Source: Candidatus Komeilibacteria bacterium RIFOXYD1_FULL_37_29
Lineage (GTDB): Bacteria > Patescibacteriota > Patescibacteriia > UBA1558 > GWA2-36-10
Assembly (NCBI GenBank): GCA_001818495.1
Contig: MHKS01000005.1
Span: forward strand, 402,584-466,583
DNA length: 64,000 bases
Reading direction: 5' to 3'
Below the pieces are notes generated by a model. That model saw only the letters and a list, made by a program, of their open reading frames with translations, did not search any database and was not told the origin of the DNA. Positions 1-9,930 of this stretch are shown here, piece by piece (the first letter of the stretch is position 1; each line of letters starts with the position of its first letter). A program made the position numbers and the translations under genes.

Positions 1-2
1 CT

Positions 3-827
3 ATTTTAGATGATTTAGCAGTAAAAAATATTCGTATTCCTATTTATTGGGATCAAATAGAGTCGGTTGAGGGGGAATATGATTTTTCTCAATATGATTA
101 TATTTTTGATCAGGGTAAAACTAGAAATGTAAAATTTATTGCTAACATCGGTTTACGCTTGCCACGTTGGCCGGAGTGTCATGCTCCTAGTTGGCTAGAT
201 AAATCTGATCGGAATTTATCTAAAAGAAAAACCATCACTATGCTTAATAAAGCCGTGGAACATTTTAAGGGCCGAGAGGAAATAGTTGCTTGGCAAGTAG
301 AAAATGAACCGCTTTTTGATTGGTTTGGGCAATGTCCTAAAGGCGATAAAGAATTTTTGAAAAAGGAAATAGATTTTGTTAAAAGTCTAGATGACAGTCG
401 TCCGATTATTATTTCCGCTTCCGGCGAACTGGCTTCTTGGGAAGAAGAAGGAAAAATAGCGGATATTTTTGGTACGACAGTTTATCGGGTCGTTTGGAAT
501 AAATGGTTTAAGTATATTCATTATCCTATACCAGCTTGGTATTATCGATTAAAAGCTAGATTTTACGGCATTGATACTAATCGAGCTATTATCGCCGAAC
601 TACAAACAGAACCATGGGTGCCAGAAGGAACTTTGGAAAATTTGGATTTTACCGAATATGATAAATCTTTTTCTCTAGCACAATTTAAAGCTAATTTACA
701 ATTTGCCATTAATGTTGATTTTAAACAAACTTATTTGTGGGGTGTGGAGTGGTGGTATGTCCAAAAAAATAAAGGTAATCCACAATATTGGGATTTGGCT
801 AGAAGCGTTTTTAAAAATAATCAATGA
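3..827 (+). CDS. Clan GH-A glycoside hydrolase (GH5/GH42-like TIM barrel), 5'-truncated by the window edge
   Basis: Frame is open from position 3 (ILDDLAVKNIRIPIYWDQIE...YDFSQYD). Has the WQVENEP acid/base motif and AELQTEPW putative nucleophile. The ORF-track start at 159 is internal. Confidence 0.7.
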   Translation: MLDDLAVKNIRIPIYWDQIESVEGEYDFSQYDYIFDQGKTRNVKFIANIGLRLPRWPECHAPSWLDKSDRNLSKRKTITMLNKAVEHFKGREEIVAWQVENEPLFDWFGQCPKGDKEFLKKEIDFVKSLDDSRPIIISASGELASWEEEGKIADIFGTTVYRVVWNKWFKYIHYPIPAWYYRLKARFYGIDTNRAIIAELQTEPWVPEGTLENLDFTEYDKSFSLAQFKANLQFAINVDFKQTYLWGVEWWYVQKNKGNPQYWDLARSVFKNNQ

Positions 828-883
828 TCATAGAGTTTGTTTTTTTCTAAAATTTGATATTTTCTTATAAAAATTAATTTATT

Positions 884-909
884 AAAACATCGTTGAGAAA
901 CGATGTTTT
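884..909. terminator. Intrinsic terminator hairpin
   Basis: AAAACATCGTT-GAGA-AACGATGTTTT perfect inverted repeat followed by a T-run. Confidence 0.75.
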
Positions 910-945
910 TTTCTTGTTTTTAATGGGCAATTCTGTTATAATTTA

Positions 946-2832
946 ATGACTATTATTAATATAAAACTAGTGAAGAACAATACAAAGATTGCTATTTTTA
1001 GCCTTTTTGTCTTATTTTGGGCTACCAATGTCAAAGCTTTTACTCAAACTTATACTCCGACCGATCCAAATTTGGTTTATCAAAAGTATTTAGATATGAT
1101 AAATATTGGTCCTAGCTGGTCCAGTGAGCTTAAGTTAAACAAAGAAGTGGTAGTGGCGGTGCTTGATTCTGGAGTGGATTTGGATCATCCAGATTTGGTC
1201 AATAATATTTGGGTAAATGCAGGTGAAATAGCCGGCGATGGTGTGGACAATGATAAAAATTCTTATATTGATGATGTACACGGTTGGGATTTTATTTATT
1301 CTGATGGTGATCCGCAGCCAGATATTGATGGTGAATATGATTTTACAGCGGTTAATCACGGCACCGTAGTGGCCGGAGTGATTGCTGCTACTATTAATCA
1401 AAACGGTATTGTGGGTATTGCTCCTCAAGCAAAGATAATGCCGATTAAAATTTTAGACACCGATGGAACCGGTAATGTCATGGTATTAACGCAAGCGATT
1501 GATTATGCTGTAGAAAACGGAGCGGATGTTATAAATCTGAGTTTAGTGGGGGATACTTATAATGATAATTTAAAAGAGGCAATAATTAATGCTTATAATA
1601 AAGGAGTGATGATTGTCGCTGCTTCTGGAAACGAAGAAAATATCGGTTTGAGTTTGGATATTGATCCGCGCTATCCGATTTGTGAATTGGATAATGTCAA
1701 TCGAGTTTTAGGGGTAGCCGCGGTGGATAGCCACAAAGTTTTAGCTGATTTTTCCAACCATGGTGAAGCTTGTATTGATATTTCTGCTCCTGGTACTGAA
1801 TTTTATTCTACAGTTTTTCAAGACAATTCTAATGAGGTATTTAAAAAATATTATTTAGGTGGTTGGAACGGCACGTCAGTAGCTGCTCCAGTAGTAGCCG
1901 CTACAGCCGCTCTTATCAAAGGGGCATTCCCAGAGTTAAGGCCCTATGATATCTACAATATAATAATCTCCAATGCTACAGATATTAGTGTCCAAAATCC
2001 TATTCACAGTGTTGATTTGGGGGCAGGACTTATCAATGTCGGTCAGGCTCTTAATGCGGCTCAGGACTATTATAATAATTCTCTGAATATAGTTTTGGCT
2101 CCGCAAAAAGGCCTAAAGCCAGAAATACTTTTGCTTGATACGGAAGCCAAATTATTAGAGGTCTTTTTGGCTTATAATGTCGGTTTCACAGGTGGTGTCA
2201 ATGTAGCAGTTGGTGATGTTGATGGTAATGGTCAGGACGAAATTGTGACTGCTCCAATGGCTGGTGGCGGTCCGCATATCAGAGTGTTTGATAAAGACGG
2301 TAATGTTTTGTCCGAATTTTTTGCTTATGACGCCAGCTTTGATGGTGGTGTCAATGTAGCCTTGGGGGATGTTAACAATGATGGTTTAGAAGAAATAGTT
2401 TTATCACCAATGGGCAAACATGTTTCCGAAATAAAAGTATTCAATTATCAGAATAGTCAAAAGGCCAGTTGGTTGGCTTATGACAGCAAAATGACAGCGG
2501 GCGTAAATATATCAGTCGCTGATGTCAACCTTGATGGCTGGCCAGAAATAGTGACTGTACCAGCTAAAAATTATGCTCCCACTGTTAAGGCCTTTAGTAT
2601 GAATGGTCGTCTCAAATCTGAATTTTTAGCCTTTAGCAATGCTTTAACCACTGGCGTAAAAATTTTGGCCAAAGATATATCGGGCGATGGTTTACCAGAA
2701 ATTTTAGTTTGGCCCACCAAAGGAGCAGCCGCCTTACTGCGAGTTTATGATCACAATGGATTAGAGAAAGACAATTTTTATTTAAGAGACGCCCAGGATA
2801 GAAATGGTTATAATCTGGAATTAATAAAATAG
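946..2832 (+). CDS. Secreted subtilisin-like S8 serine protease with C-terminal FG-GAP/VCBS-like repeats
   Basis: Catalytic triad motifs VLDSG, NHGT, GTSVAAP; hydrophobic N-terminal signal; at least four repeats of F-AY...GGVNVA-GDVDG-G-EIV. Confidence 0.9.
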   Translation: MTIINIKLVKNNTKIAIFSLFVLFWATNVKAFTQTYTPTDPNLVYQKYLDMINIGPSWSSELKLNKEVVVAVLDSGVDLDHPDLVNNIWVNAGEIAGDGVDNDKNSYIDDVHGWDFIYSDGDPQPDIDGEYDFTAVNHGTVVAGVIAATINQNGIVGIAPQAKIMPIKILDTDGTGNVMVLTQAIDYAVENGADVINLSLVGDTYNDNLKEAIINAYNKGVMIVAASGNEENIGLSLDIDPRYPICELDNVNRVLGVAAVDSHKVLADFSNHGEACIDISAPGTEFYSTVFQDNSNEVFKKYYLGGWNGTSVAAPVVAATAALIKGAFPELRPYDIYNIIISNATDISVQNPIHSVDLGAGLINVGQALNAAQDYYNNSLNIVLAPQKGLKPEILLLDTEAKLLEVFLAYNVGFTGGVNVAVGDVDGNGQDEIVTAPMAGGGPHIRVFDKDGNVLSEFFAYDASFDGGVNVALGDVNNDGLEEIVLSPMGKHVSEIKVFNYQNSQKASWLAYDSKMTAGVNISVADVNLDGWPEIVTVPAKNYAPTVKAFSMNGRLKSEFLAFSNALTTGVKILAKDISGDGLPEILVWPTKGAAALLRVYDHNGLEKDNFYLRDAQDRNGYNLELIK

Positions 2833-2835
2833 TTT

Positions 2836-3534
2836 ATGGAGATTAGTGTAGTTATTCCGGCTTTTAATGAGGTCAAAGACATAGCCAAAACCATTGCCGA
2901 TGTCGGTAGTTATTTAAAGAATCATTTTAGTAGTTTTGAAATAATAGTAGTAGATGACAAATCTAATGATCGTACTTTACAAATAATACAGAGTATTGAT
3001 GGTATTAGAGTTTTAAAAAACTTAAAGAATCATGGCAAGGGCTATGCCGTTGCTAAGGGAATGAAAGCCGCCACTGGTGATTTGTTACTTTTTATGGATG
3101 CTGACAACTCCACCAAAATAAGCGAATTGGACAATTTTTTGTCGGAGCTTAAAAATTATGATGTGGTGATTGCCTCACGGGGACTGAAAGATTCTAAAGT
3201 TACGGTTAGTCAAAATTTTTTAAAAACTAATTTAGGCAGAATGGGTAATTTTTTTAGTCGAATCTTGATTGATGAAAATATTCGAGATACTCAGTGTGGT
3301 TTTAAGCTTTTTAAAAAATCAGCCAAGCATTTATTTGATAAATTGACCATTGAAGGATTTGCTTTTGATTTCGAGTTGATTTTTTTGGCTAGAAAGTATA
3401 AGTTCAAGGTAAAAGAAATGCCGGTTGTCTGGGTAAACAATTTTAACTCGGCTGTTAGATGGTATGATTATCCCAAAACAATGCTCAATTTGATTGGTAT
3501 TAGAATTAATAATTTATTAGGAAAATATAATTAA
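2836..3534 (+). CDS. GT2 polyprenyl/dolichyl-phosphate glycosyltransferase-like protein
   Basis: SVVIPAFNE, VVDDKS, GKG, FMDAD, DTQCGFKLF motifs. Confidence 0.85.
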   Translation: MEISVVIPAFNEVKDIAKTIADVGSYLKNHFSSFEIIVVDDKSNDRTLQIIQSIDGIRVLKNLKNHGKGYAVAKGMKAATGDLLLFMDADNSTKISELDNFLSELKNYDVVIASRGLKDSKVTVSQNFLKTNLGRMGNFFSRILIDENIRDTQCGFKLFKKSAKHLFDKLTIEGFAFDFELIFLARKYKFKVKEMPVVWVNNFNSAVRWYDYPKTMLNLIGIRINNLLGKYN

Positions 3535-3543
3535 AATAAAAAT

Positions 3544-4566
3544 ATGAAACCATTTATTGAAAATAAAAATGTTTTAGTATTAGGTGGAGCTGGTTTTATT
3601 GGTTCGCATCTTTGTGAAGAATTGGTCAAAAGAGGTGACAATGTAGTTTGTGTAGATAATTTTATTTCTTCCGATGTAGAAAATATCCGGTCACTTTTGG
3701 AATATCCAAATTTTGAATTTATCCGACACAATATTATAGAAAATCTAGAATGGGCCGATGTGCCGGGTCTGCAAAAATTTAAAGTAGAAGTACAGGGTTT
3801 TCAAGAAATATATAATTTAGCTTGTCCGACCTCTCCTAAAGATTATTCCAAGTTTCCCGTTGAAACAGCCACAGCTAATTCAGTGGGAGTAGTCAATAGT
3901 TTAGAGTGGGCCAGAAAATATAAATCTAGATATTTACTTACCTCTACTTCGGCTGTGTATGGTAAACCGCCAGCCGATGGTCGGCCAGTTAAGGAAGATT
4001 ATTATGGTTTAGTAGATTTTTTAGGGCCCCGGGCTGGTTACAATGAAGGTAAGCGTTTTGCTGAAACATTGGTCATGACTTACCAAGATGTTTATCAGCT
4101 CAATACCAGTATCGCTAGAATTTTTAATACTTATGGTCCGCGCATGTTACAACATAGCGGTCGGCAGGTACCTGATTTTATTAGAAATGCCACGGACAAT
4201 AAAGGTATAGAAATAGCTGGCGATGAGAAATCTATTTTGAGTTTTTGCTATGTCAAAGATGTAGTGGAGGGGTTGATTGCTCTGATGGCTTCCGAAATTA
4301 CGGCCCCAGTCAATATTGGCAGTGAGCAGGCACTAACACTGACGGAGGTAGCCCAAAAGATCATTGAAATCACTCGATCTAGCTCAGCTATTAGTTATAC
4401 TAATAAGTATGCGTATGCTATGCAGCCAGCTATACCAGATATTTCCAAAGCTAAAGAAGAATTAAATTGGTTCCCTTTGATTTCTATAGACGAAGGTCTT
4501 AAAGAGGCAGTGGAATATTATAAAGCTACAGCCTTTTTGCACAAACCACGGGTTAATACCATCTAG
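3544..4566 (+). CDS. UDP-glucuronate decarboxylase (UXS)-like NAD-dependent SDR
   Basis: GGAGFIGSHL, YNLACPTSP, YNEGKR (YxxxK), RIFNTYGPRM. Confidence 0.8.
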   Translation: MKPFIENKNVLVLGGAGFIGSHLCEELVKRGDNVVCVDNFISSDVENIRSLLEYPNFEFIRHNIIENLEWADVPGLQKFKVEVQGFQEIYNLACPTSPKDYSKFPVETATANSVGVVNSLEWARKYKSRYLLTSTSAVYGKPPADGRPVKEDYYGLVDFLGPRAGYNEGKRFAETLVMTYQDVYQLNTSIARIFNTYGPRMLQHSGRQVPDFIRNATDNKGIEIAGDEKSILSFCYVKDVVEGLIALMASEITAPVNIGSEQALTLTEVAQKIIEITRSSSAISYTNKYAYAMQPAIPDISKAKEELNWFPLISIDEGLKEAVEYYKATAFLHKPRVNTI

Positions 4567-4577
4567 CTATATTTATT

Positions 4578-5489
4578 ATGAAAATATTAGTAACAGGCGG
4601 CGCAGGATTTATTGGCTCTCATTTGGTAGATACATTGGTCAAAGATGGTCACGATGTTTTGGTTATTGATGATTTAAGCACTGGTAAAAAAGAATATGTT
4701 AACAAAAAAGCCAAATTAGAAGTACTAGATATTAGTAGTCCCAGTTTGTCCAAGGTAGTGGCTGATTTTTCTCCAGTCGTGGTTTATCATTTGGCTGCTC
4801 AAAAAAATGTTCGGACATCTTTGGAAAATCCCATGCTTGACGCCAAGATAAATATTTTGGGCTCACTGAATTTATTGACCCAAGCCATAAAAAATAAAGT
4901 TGATAAATTTATTTTTGTCTCGACTGGTGGTATTTATGGTGATACCGATATTTTGCCAACCACTGAAGTGGGAGAGGAGAAACCAATGTCGCCTTATATT
5001 TTAAATAAACTGACTTTTGAAAAATATTTGGCTATCTTATCTCAGGGAAAAATGAAATGGGCAGTGCTGCGACTAGCCAATGTTTACGGACAAAGACAGG
5101 ATCCTTATGGTGAAGCCGGGGTTATTTCTATATTTTTGGATAATGTTATAAAAAATAAAAAGTTATATATCAATGGTGATGGTCAGCAAACCAGAGACTA
5201 TGTTTATATTGCTGATGTGATAAGTGCTCTGACCAAATTTTTATCCTCAGCTGAAGGTCTTTATAATGTTGGTACGGGACGAGAAATATCCTTGTTAGAT
5301 TTGCTAGCTGCTATCAAAAAAATTTCTGGCAGGGAACCGGAGATTCAGTATCGGCCAGCTATTTTAGGAGAGGTCATAAGATCATGTTTGGATTTTAGTA
5401 AAGTTAAACATGATTTGTCATGGCAACCGCAATATGATTTAAAACAGGGTTTAGAACTCACTTATCGTTGGTTTAAAGAAAAAAGGTGA
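4578..5489 (+). CDS. NAD-dependent nucleotide-sugar epimerase (GalE-like)
   Basis: VTGGAGFIGSHL, HLAAQ, SPYILNK (YxxxK), RLANVYG, TRDYVY. Confidence 0.8.
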   Translation: MKILVTGGAGFIGSHLVDTLVKDGHDVLVIDDLSTGKKEYVNKKAKLEVLDISSPSLSKVVADFSPVVVYHLAAQKNVRTSLENPMLDAKINILGSLNLLTQAIKNKVDKFIFVSTGGIYGDTDILPTTEVGEEKPMSPYILNKLTFEKYLAILSQGKMKWAVLRLANVYGQRQDPYGEAGVISIFLDNVIKNKKLYINGDGQQTRDYVYIADVISALTKFLSSAEGLYNVGTGREISLLDLLAAIKKISGREPEIQYRPAILGEVIRSCLDFSKVKHDLSWQPQYDLKQGLELTYRWFKEKR

Positions 5490-6154
5490 TGAATATTTTT
5501 GTAATTATACCAGCTTATAATGAAGAAAAAAGAATCGGCCAAGTTTTGGACGATTTGTCTGTTTTTTCCTATCGATTAGTAGTTGTTGATGATGGATCAA
5601 CTGATAATACAGCGGGGGTAGTAGCGGCTTATCCCAAGGTAACTTTATTAAGGCACAAGATAAATCGTGATCAAGGAGCGTCTCTTCAAACTGGCAATCA
5701 ATATGCTCTTGGCGAGCAAGCTGATGTTATTGTTCATTTTGACGCTGATGGCCAATTTTTAGCTTCCGAAATAGAGGATATGGTCAAACCAATTTTAGAA
5801 GAAGGCTATGATATAGTCTTTGGTTCTAGATTTTTGAGCAAAAAATCCAAGCTGCCATTTTTAAAAAGACACATTATTTTTCCCTTAGCTCGCTTGGTTA
5901 ATAGATTGTTTTTGGGAGTTAAAACCAGTGATCCACAAAGTGGTTTTCGAGCTATGACCGCTCAGACAGCCAAAAGTATAAACATTGAGCAAGATGGTAA
6001 AGCCCATTGCTCGGAAATAATGGCCAAAGCTTTTGAACAAAAATTAAAAATAAAAGAAGTGCCGATTACGGTTATCTATAATAGATTTGGTCAGGGGATG
6101 GGACACGGTTTCAAAATTTTAAAGGATATTTTATTTTCTAAAATAAATAAATGA
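5486..6154 (+). CDS. GT2 glycosyltransferase (DPM1-like)
   Basis: IIPAYNE, VVDDGSTD, HFDADGQ, GSRF, DPQSGFR. Confidence 0.85.
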   Translation: MMNIFVIIPAYNEEKRIGQVLDDLSVFSYRLVVVDDGSTDNTAGVVAAYPKVTLLRHKINRDQGASLQTGNQYALGEQADVIVHFDADGQFLASEIEDMVKPILEEGYDIVFGSRFLSKKSKLPFLKRHIIFPLARLVNRLFLGVKTSDPQSGFRAMTAQTAKSINIEQDGKAHCSEIMAKAFEQKLKIKEVPITVIYNRFGQGMGHGFKILKDILFSKINK

Positions 6155-6483
6155 TTTATTTGCAAATTTTACTAACTATCTTTATAGTCTTTATACTTTT
6201 TAAACTGTTTTTACAAAAGCAGAAGAGCCAAATATCTCTGATGTCTTTTTTAATTTGGGTTTTGCTATGGCTAGTGGTACTAGTGGTTTTTTGGTTGCCA
6301 GACTCTACTAGTTATTTGGCCGCTTGGTTGGGTATTGGCCGCGGCGCAGATCTAGCAGTTTATATTTCTATTGTAGTTATTTTTTATATGATTTTTAGAA
6401 TTTTTGTGCGCTTAAATAAGATCGATGAAAATATTACTAAATTGGTAAGAGATGAGGCTATAAAAAATGTTAAAGAAAAGTAA
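6151..6483 (+). CDS. DUF2304-like small membrane protein
   Basis: Three hydrophobic segments and the LGIGRGAD motif; usual partner downstream of DPM-like GT2. Confidence 0.75.
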   Translation: MIYLQILLTIFIVFILFKLFLQKQKSQISLMSFLIWVLLWLVVLVVFWLPDSTSYLAAWLGIGRGADLAVYISIVVIFYMIFRIFVRLNKIDENITKLVRDEAIKNVKEK

Positions 6484-7519
6484 AATATTTATTATCATTC
6501 TTTCCTATAACGGCCGGCAGTATTTTGATGAATTGTTTCCCAATTTGTTGGGAGAAAAATATCAGGATTTGGATGTGCAAATTTTGGTGATAGACAATAA
6601 TTCTACTGATGGATCAGCGGACTATATTAATAGAAATTATCCGGAGGCCAAGGTAATCAGGCAAAAAGAAAATATTGGTTTTGCTGGAGCCAATAATCTT
6701 GGCTATCAGTACGCCAAGGAAAATCAGGCGGATTATATCTATCTACTCAATCAGGATACGGTAGTCACCAGCGGTTTTTTGCGTCCCCTTTATGATTTTG
6801 CCAAGAAAAATAAATTTGGCTCTTTACAATCCAAGCTTCTTTTATGGCCCGATAAAAATAAAATAAATACTATCGGTAATGCTATACATTTTTTGGGTTT
6901 TGGCTATGGACAAGGGGCTAGTCAGATAGATAATCAGCCGCTAGAAATCGTCAAGATAAATTATGCTTCCGGAGCCGGAGTCTTTATATCAATGCACGCT
7001 TTAGATGATTTGGGTTATCTTTTTGACGAAACTATGTTTATGTATTTGGAAGATTTAGATTTGGGTTGGTCCTTAAATATGCTCGGTTATGACAATTATT
7101 TGATACCCAATAGCGTGGTTTACCACAAATATGAATTCAAGCGCAGTATGAAATTATTTTATTGGTTTGAAAGAAATCGTCTGTGGGTGATGCTAAAAAA
7201 TTATAAAATTGGCAGCCTGCTATTGATTTTTCCAGCTTGGCTGATTATGGAGCTTGGCCAATTGGGCTTTACTGTAACTAACGGTAGATTTTGGTCAAAA
7301 ATTAAAGCTTATGGTTTTTTATTTTCTCCTGAACAAATGAAAATACTAATGAAAAAAAGAAAATATATCCAATCTAAACGTCAGCGGAATGACCGGCAAG
7401 TAGTCGGTAAATTTACTGGGATGATTTTATTTCAGCCATTGGATTTGCGGTTGTTAAAAGTAGCCAATGTATTTTTCTTTATTTATTGGCGCTTAGTTAA
7501 ATTATTTATTTTTTGGTAA
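6467..7519 (+). CDS. GT2 glycosyltransferase (rhamnosyltransferase-like)
   Basis: DNNSTDGS, NIGFAGANN, LLNQD, FMYLEDLDL. Confidence 0.85.
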   Translation: MLKKSKIFIIILSYNGRQYFDELFPNLLGEKYQDLDVQILVIDNNSTDGSADYINRNYPEAKVIRQKENIGFAGANNLGYQYAKENQADYIYLLNQDTVVTSGFLRPLYDFAKKNKFGSLQSKLLLWPDKNKINTIGNAIHFLGFGYGQGASQIDNQPLEIVKINYASGAGVFISMHALDDLGYLFDETMFMYLEDLDLGWSLNMLGYDNYLIPNSVVYHKYEFKRSMKLFYWFERNRLWVMLKNYKIGSLLLIFPAWLIMELGQLGFTVTNGRFWSKIKAYGFLFSPEQMKILMKKRKYIQSKRQRNDRQVVGKFTGMILFQPLDLRLLKVANVFFFIYWRLVKLFIFW

Positions 7520-7546
7520 TATTTTGGTCAGTAGCATAATCAATTT

Positions 7547-8692
7547 ATGAAAATAGCAGAAGTAACATCTACTTTTCCACCTTATAAAGCTGGTATGGGC
7601 AATGTGGCTTATTATAATGCCTGGTCTTTGACTACTTTGGGTCATGACGTTACAGTTTTTACTACCAAGTATAAACAAAATGCTTTTTATAGTGACGAAT
7701 ATCCTTTTAAAGTCCAAAGATTGGGTGCTTGGTTTAAATACGGTAATGCCGGGATTTTACCGCAGTTATTTTATAAACTGCACAATTTTGATGTTATTCA
7801 TTTGCATTATCCTTTTTTTGGTGGCGCGGAAATTATTTATTTTTTGGATAAGATAAAGGATTTAAATTTGGTGGTGACTTATCATATGGATGTAGTGGGT
7901 CGGGGGCTGGCTTCCAAATTTTTTAAGTGGCATCAAAATTATGTTACGCCAAAAATTTTGGATCGAGCTGATAAGATTATTGTTACTTCTTATGACTATG
8001 CTCGAAATTCCAATTTGAAGAATCGTTTGGAAGCTGAGCCAGAAAAATTTGTAGAAATTCCCATTGGTGTCAATCAACTACTATTTAAACCCCGCTATCG
8101 TGATAGTAAAATTATTGACCAATATGACTTATATAATAAAAAAGTGATTCTCTTTGTTGGCGCTTTAGATAAAGCGCATTATTTTAAAGGCGTTAATGTC
8201 TTGATACAGGCTATAAAAAAATTAAATGCGCGAGATGATTTTAAGGTGATAATTGTCGGCGAGGGCGATTTGCGCCAAAGTTATCAGAGTGTGGTGGATA
8301 GTTTGGGGCTCAGTCGAAAGATTGTTTTTACCGGATTTGTCAGTGATGATCTGTTACCAAAATTTTATAGCGTGGCCAATATGTTGATTTTACCATCGAC
8401 TGACAAATCAGAAGCTTTTGGTACGGTTTCTTTGGAGGCCATGGCTTCAGCTGTGCCGGTAATTACTAGTGATTTACCAGGTGTGCGTTCAGTAGTAGAA
8501 AAGAAAAAAACTGGTCTTTTAGTAAAACCAGGCAATGTGGATAATCTAGCGGACATGATTGAATATTTGTTGAAAAATCCAGCGGTGGCCAAAGAGTATG
8601 GTCGAGCCGGTCGAGAAAAAATATTAGAAAAGTATACCTGGGATAAAATTACTACCAAACTGGATGACCTCATAAAATCTATTACCAAATGA
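7547..8692 (+). CDS. GT4 glycosyltransferase
   Basis: EAFGTVSLEAMA (EX7E), ILFVGAL...KG, GT-B fold pattern. Confidence 0.9.
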   Translation: MKIAEVTSTFPPYKAGMGNVAYYNAWSLTTLGHDVTVFTTKYKQNAFYSDEYPFKVQRLGAWFKYGNAGILPQLFYKLHNFDVIHLHYPFFGGAEIIYFLDKIKDLNLVVTYHMDVVGRGLASKFFKWHQNYVTPKILDRADKIIVTSYDYARNSNLKNRLEAEPEKFVEIPIGVNQLLFKPRYRDSKIIDQYDLYNKKVILFVGALDKAHYFKGVNVLIQAIKKLNARDDFKVIIVGEGDLRQSYQSVVDSLGLSRKIVFTGFVSDDLLPKFYSVANMLILPSTDKSEAFGTVSLEAMASAVPVITSDLPGVRSVVEKKKTGLLVKPGNVDNLADMIEYLLKNPAVAKEYGRAGREKILEKYTWDKITTKLDDLIKSITK

Positions 8693-9930
8693 AAATCGGG
8701 ATAATTTCCAATGTCTATCCGCCTTTTATCAGGGGTGGAGCAGAAATAATAGCGGCTATGCAAGCGCAGGGCTTAAAGAGTAACTGGCAACATGTTTTTG
8801 TAATATCTAGCCGACCAGCCAAAGTTAAAGTGATTGGCGCTTCTATATTTACTAGTGGCGTTTGGTCTACCACCATTGATACGGTTGATGATATTGATGT
8901 TTATCGTTTTAATCCCAATAATATTTATTATTATTTGGATGATTTTAAGTATCCTTCTTTTGTTCGTCTATTTTGGCATCTCCTGGACACTTTTAATATT
9001 TTTTCTTATTTTAAAGTTAAAAATATTTTATTCAAGGAAAAGCCGGATGTAATCATTACCCATAATCTGATGGGCATTGGATTTTTGATACCAAAATTGA
9101 TCAAGAAATTAAAAATAAAACATGTGCACATCTTACATGATGTGCAACTGATTACTCCTTCGGGGTTGATATTAAAAGATAAAGAAGAGGCTACTAGTCA
9201 CAAGTTTTTTAAAATGATTGCTTATCCCAAGTTGATGAATTATCTAATGGCTACTCCGGATATTGTGATTTCTCCTTCCAAGTTTTTATTTGATTTTTAT
9301 AAAAAGAATAATTTTTTTGTAAAATCCAAAAAATTTGTGTTGCCCAATCCGATTAAAGCTTTGGTTAAATTGAATAAGCAAAATAATCCGAATTTGCACT
9401 TGGTTTATCTAGGACAGATCAATAAAGCTAAAGGAGTCTTAGATCTAATAGAGAGTTTTGCTAAAATAAAATTACCGCATATTAGATTGGGTATTGTGGG
9501 AGTGGGAGAGGATTTGAGTAAAGCCAAACGGCTTAGTCAAGGTGATAATAGGATAAAATTTTACGGCTGGCTAAATCACGAGAAACTAGGACCGCTTTTG
9601 TCCAAAGCCGATATAGTAGTAGTCCCATCTTTGTGTTATGAAAATTCTCCAACCGTTATTTATGAAGCCTTGAGTATGGGACTACCAGTTTTAGCCGCCG
9701 ATATTGGGGGAAACAGTGAGCTGATTAAAGAGGGTTTTAATGGCTGGGTTTTTCCAGCGGGGCAGTTTGAAGTGTTAAATAAAAAGATAATTAGTCTTTA
9801 TCAGCAAAGAGAAAAAATAAGCTCTATGGCCGATAATTGCCGGCGGAGCGTTAGTAATTGTGTTTTGGATAACTATACTATTAATTTACTCAAAATTATA
9901 AATGATGAATATCAGACTGACGCACAATAA
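8689..9930 (+). CDS. GT4 glycosyltransferase
   Basis: YPPFIRGGAE, ENSPTVIYEAL (EX7E). Confidence 0.9.
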   Translation: MKIGIISNVYPPFIRGGAEIIAAMQAQGLKSNWQHVFVISSRPAKVKVIGASIFTSGVWSTTIDTVDDIDVYRFNPNNIYYYLDDFKYPSFVRLFWHLLDTFNIFSYFKVKNILFKEKPDVIITHNLMGIGFLIPKLIKKLKIKHVHILHDVQLITPSGLILKDKEEATSHKFFKMIAYPKLMNYLMATPDIVISPSKFLFDFYKKNNFFVKSKKFVLPNPIKALVKLNKQNNPNLHLVYLGQINKAKGVLDLIESFAKIKLPHIRLGIVGVGEDLSKAKRLSQGDNRIKFYGWLNHEKLGPLLSKADIVVVPSLCYENSPTVIYEALSMGLPVLAADIGGNSELIKEGFNGWVFPAGQFEVLNKKIISLYQQREKISSMADNCRRSVSNCVLDNYTINLLKIINDEYQTDAQ

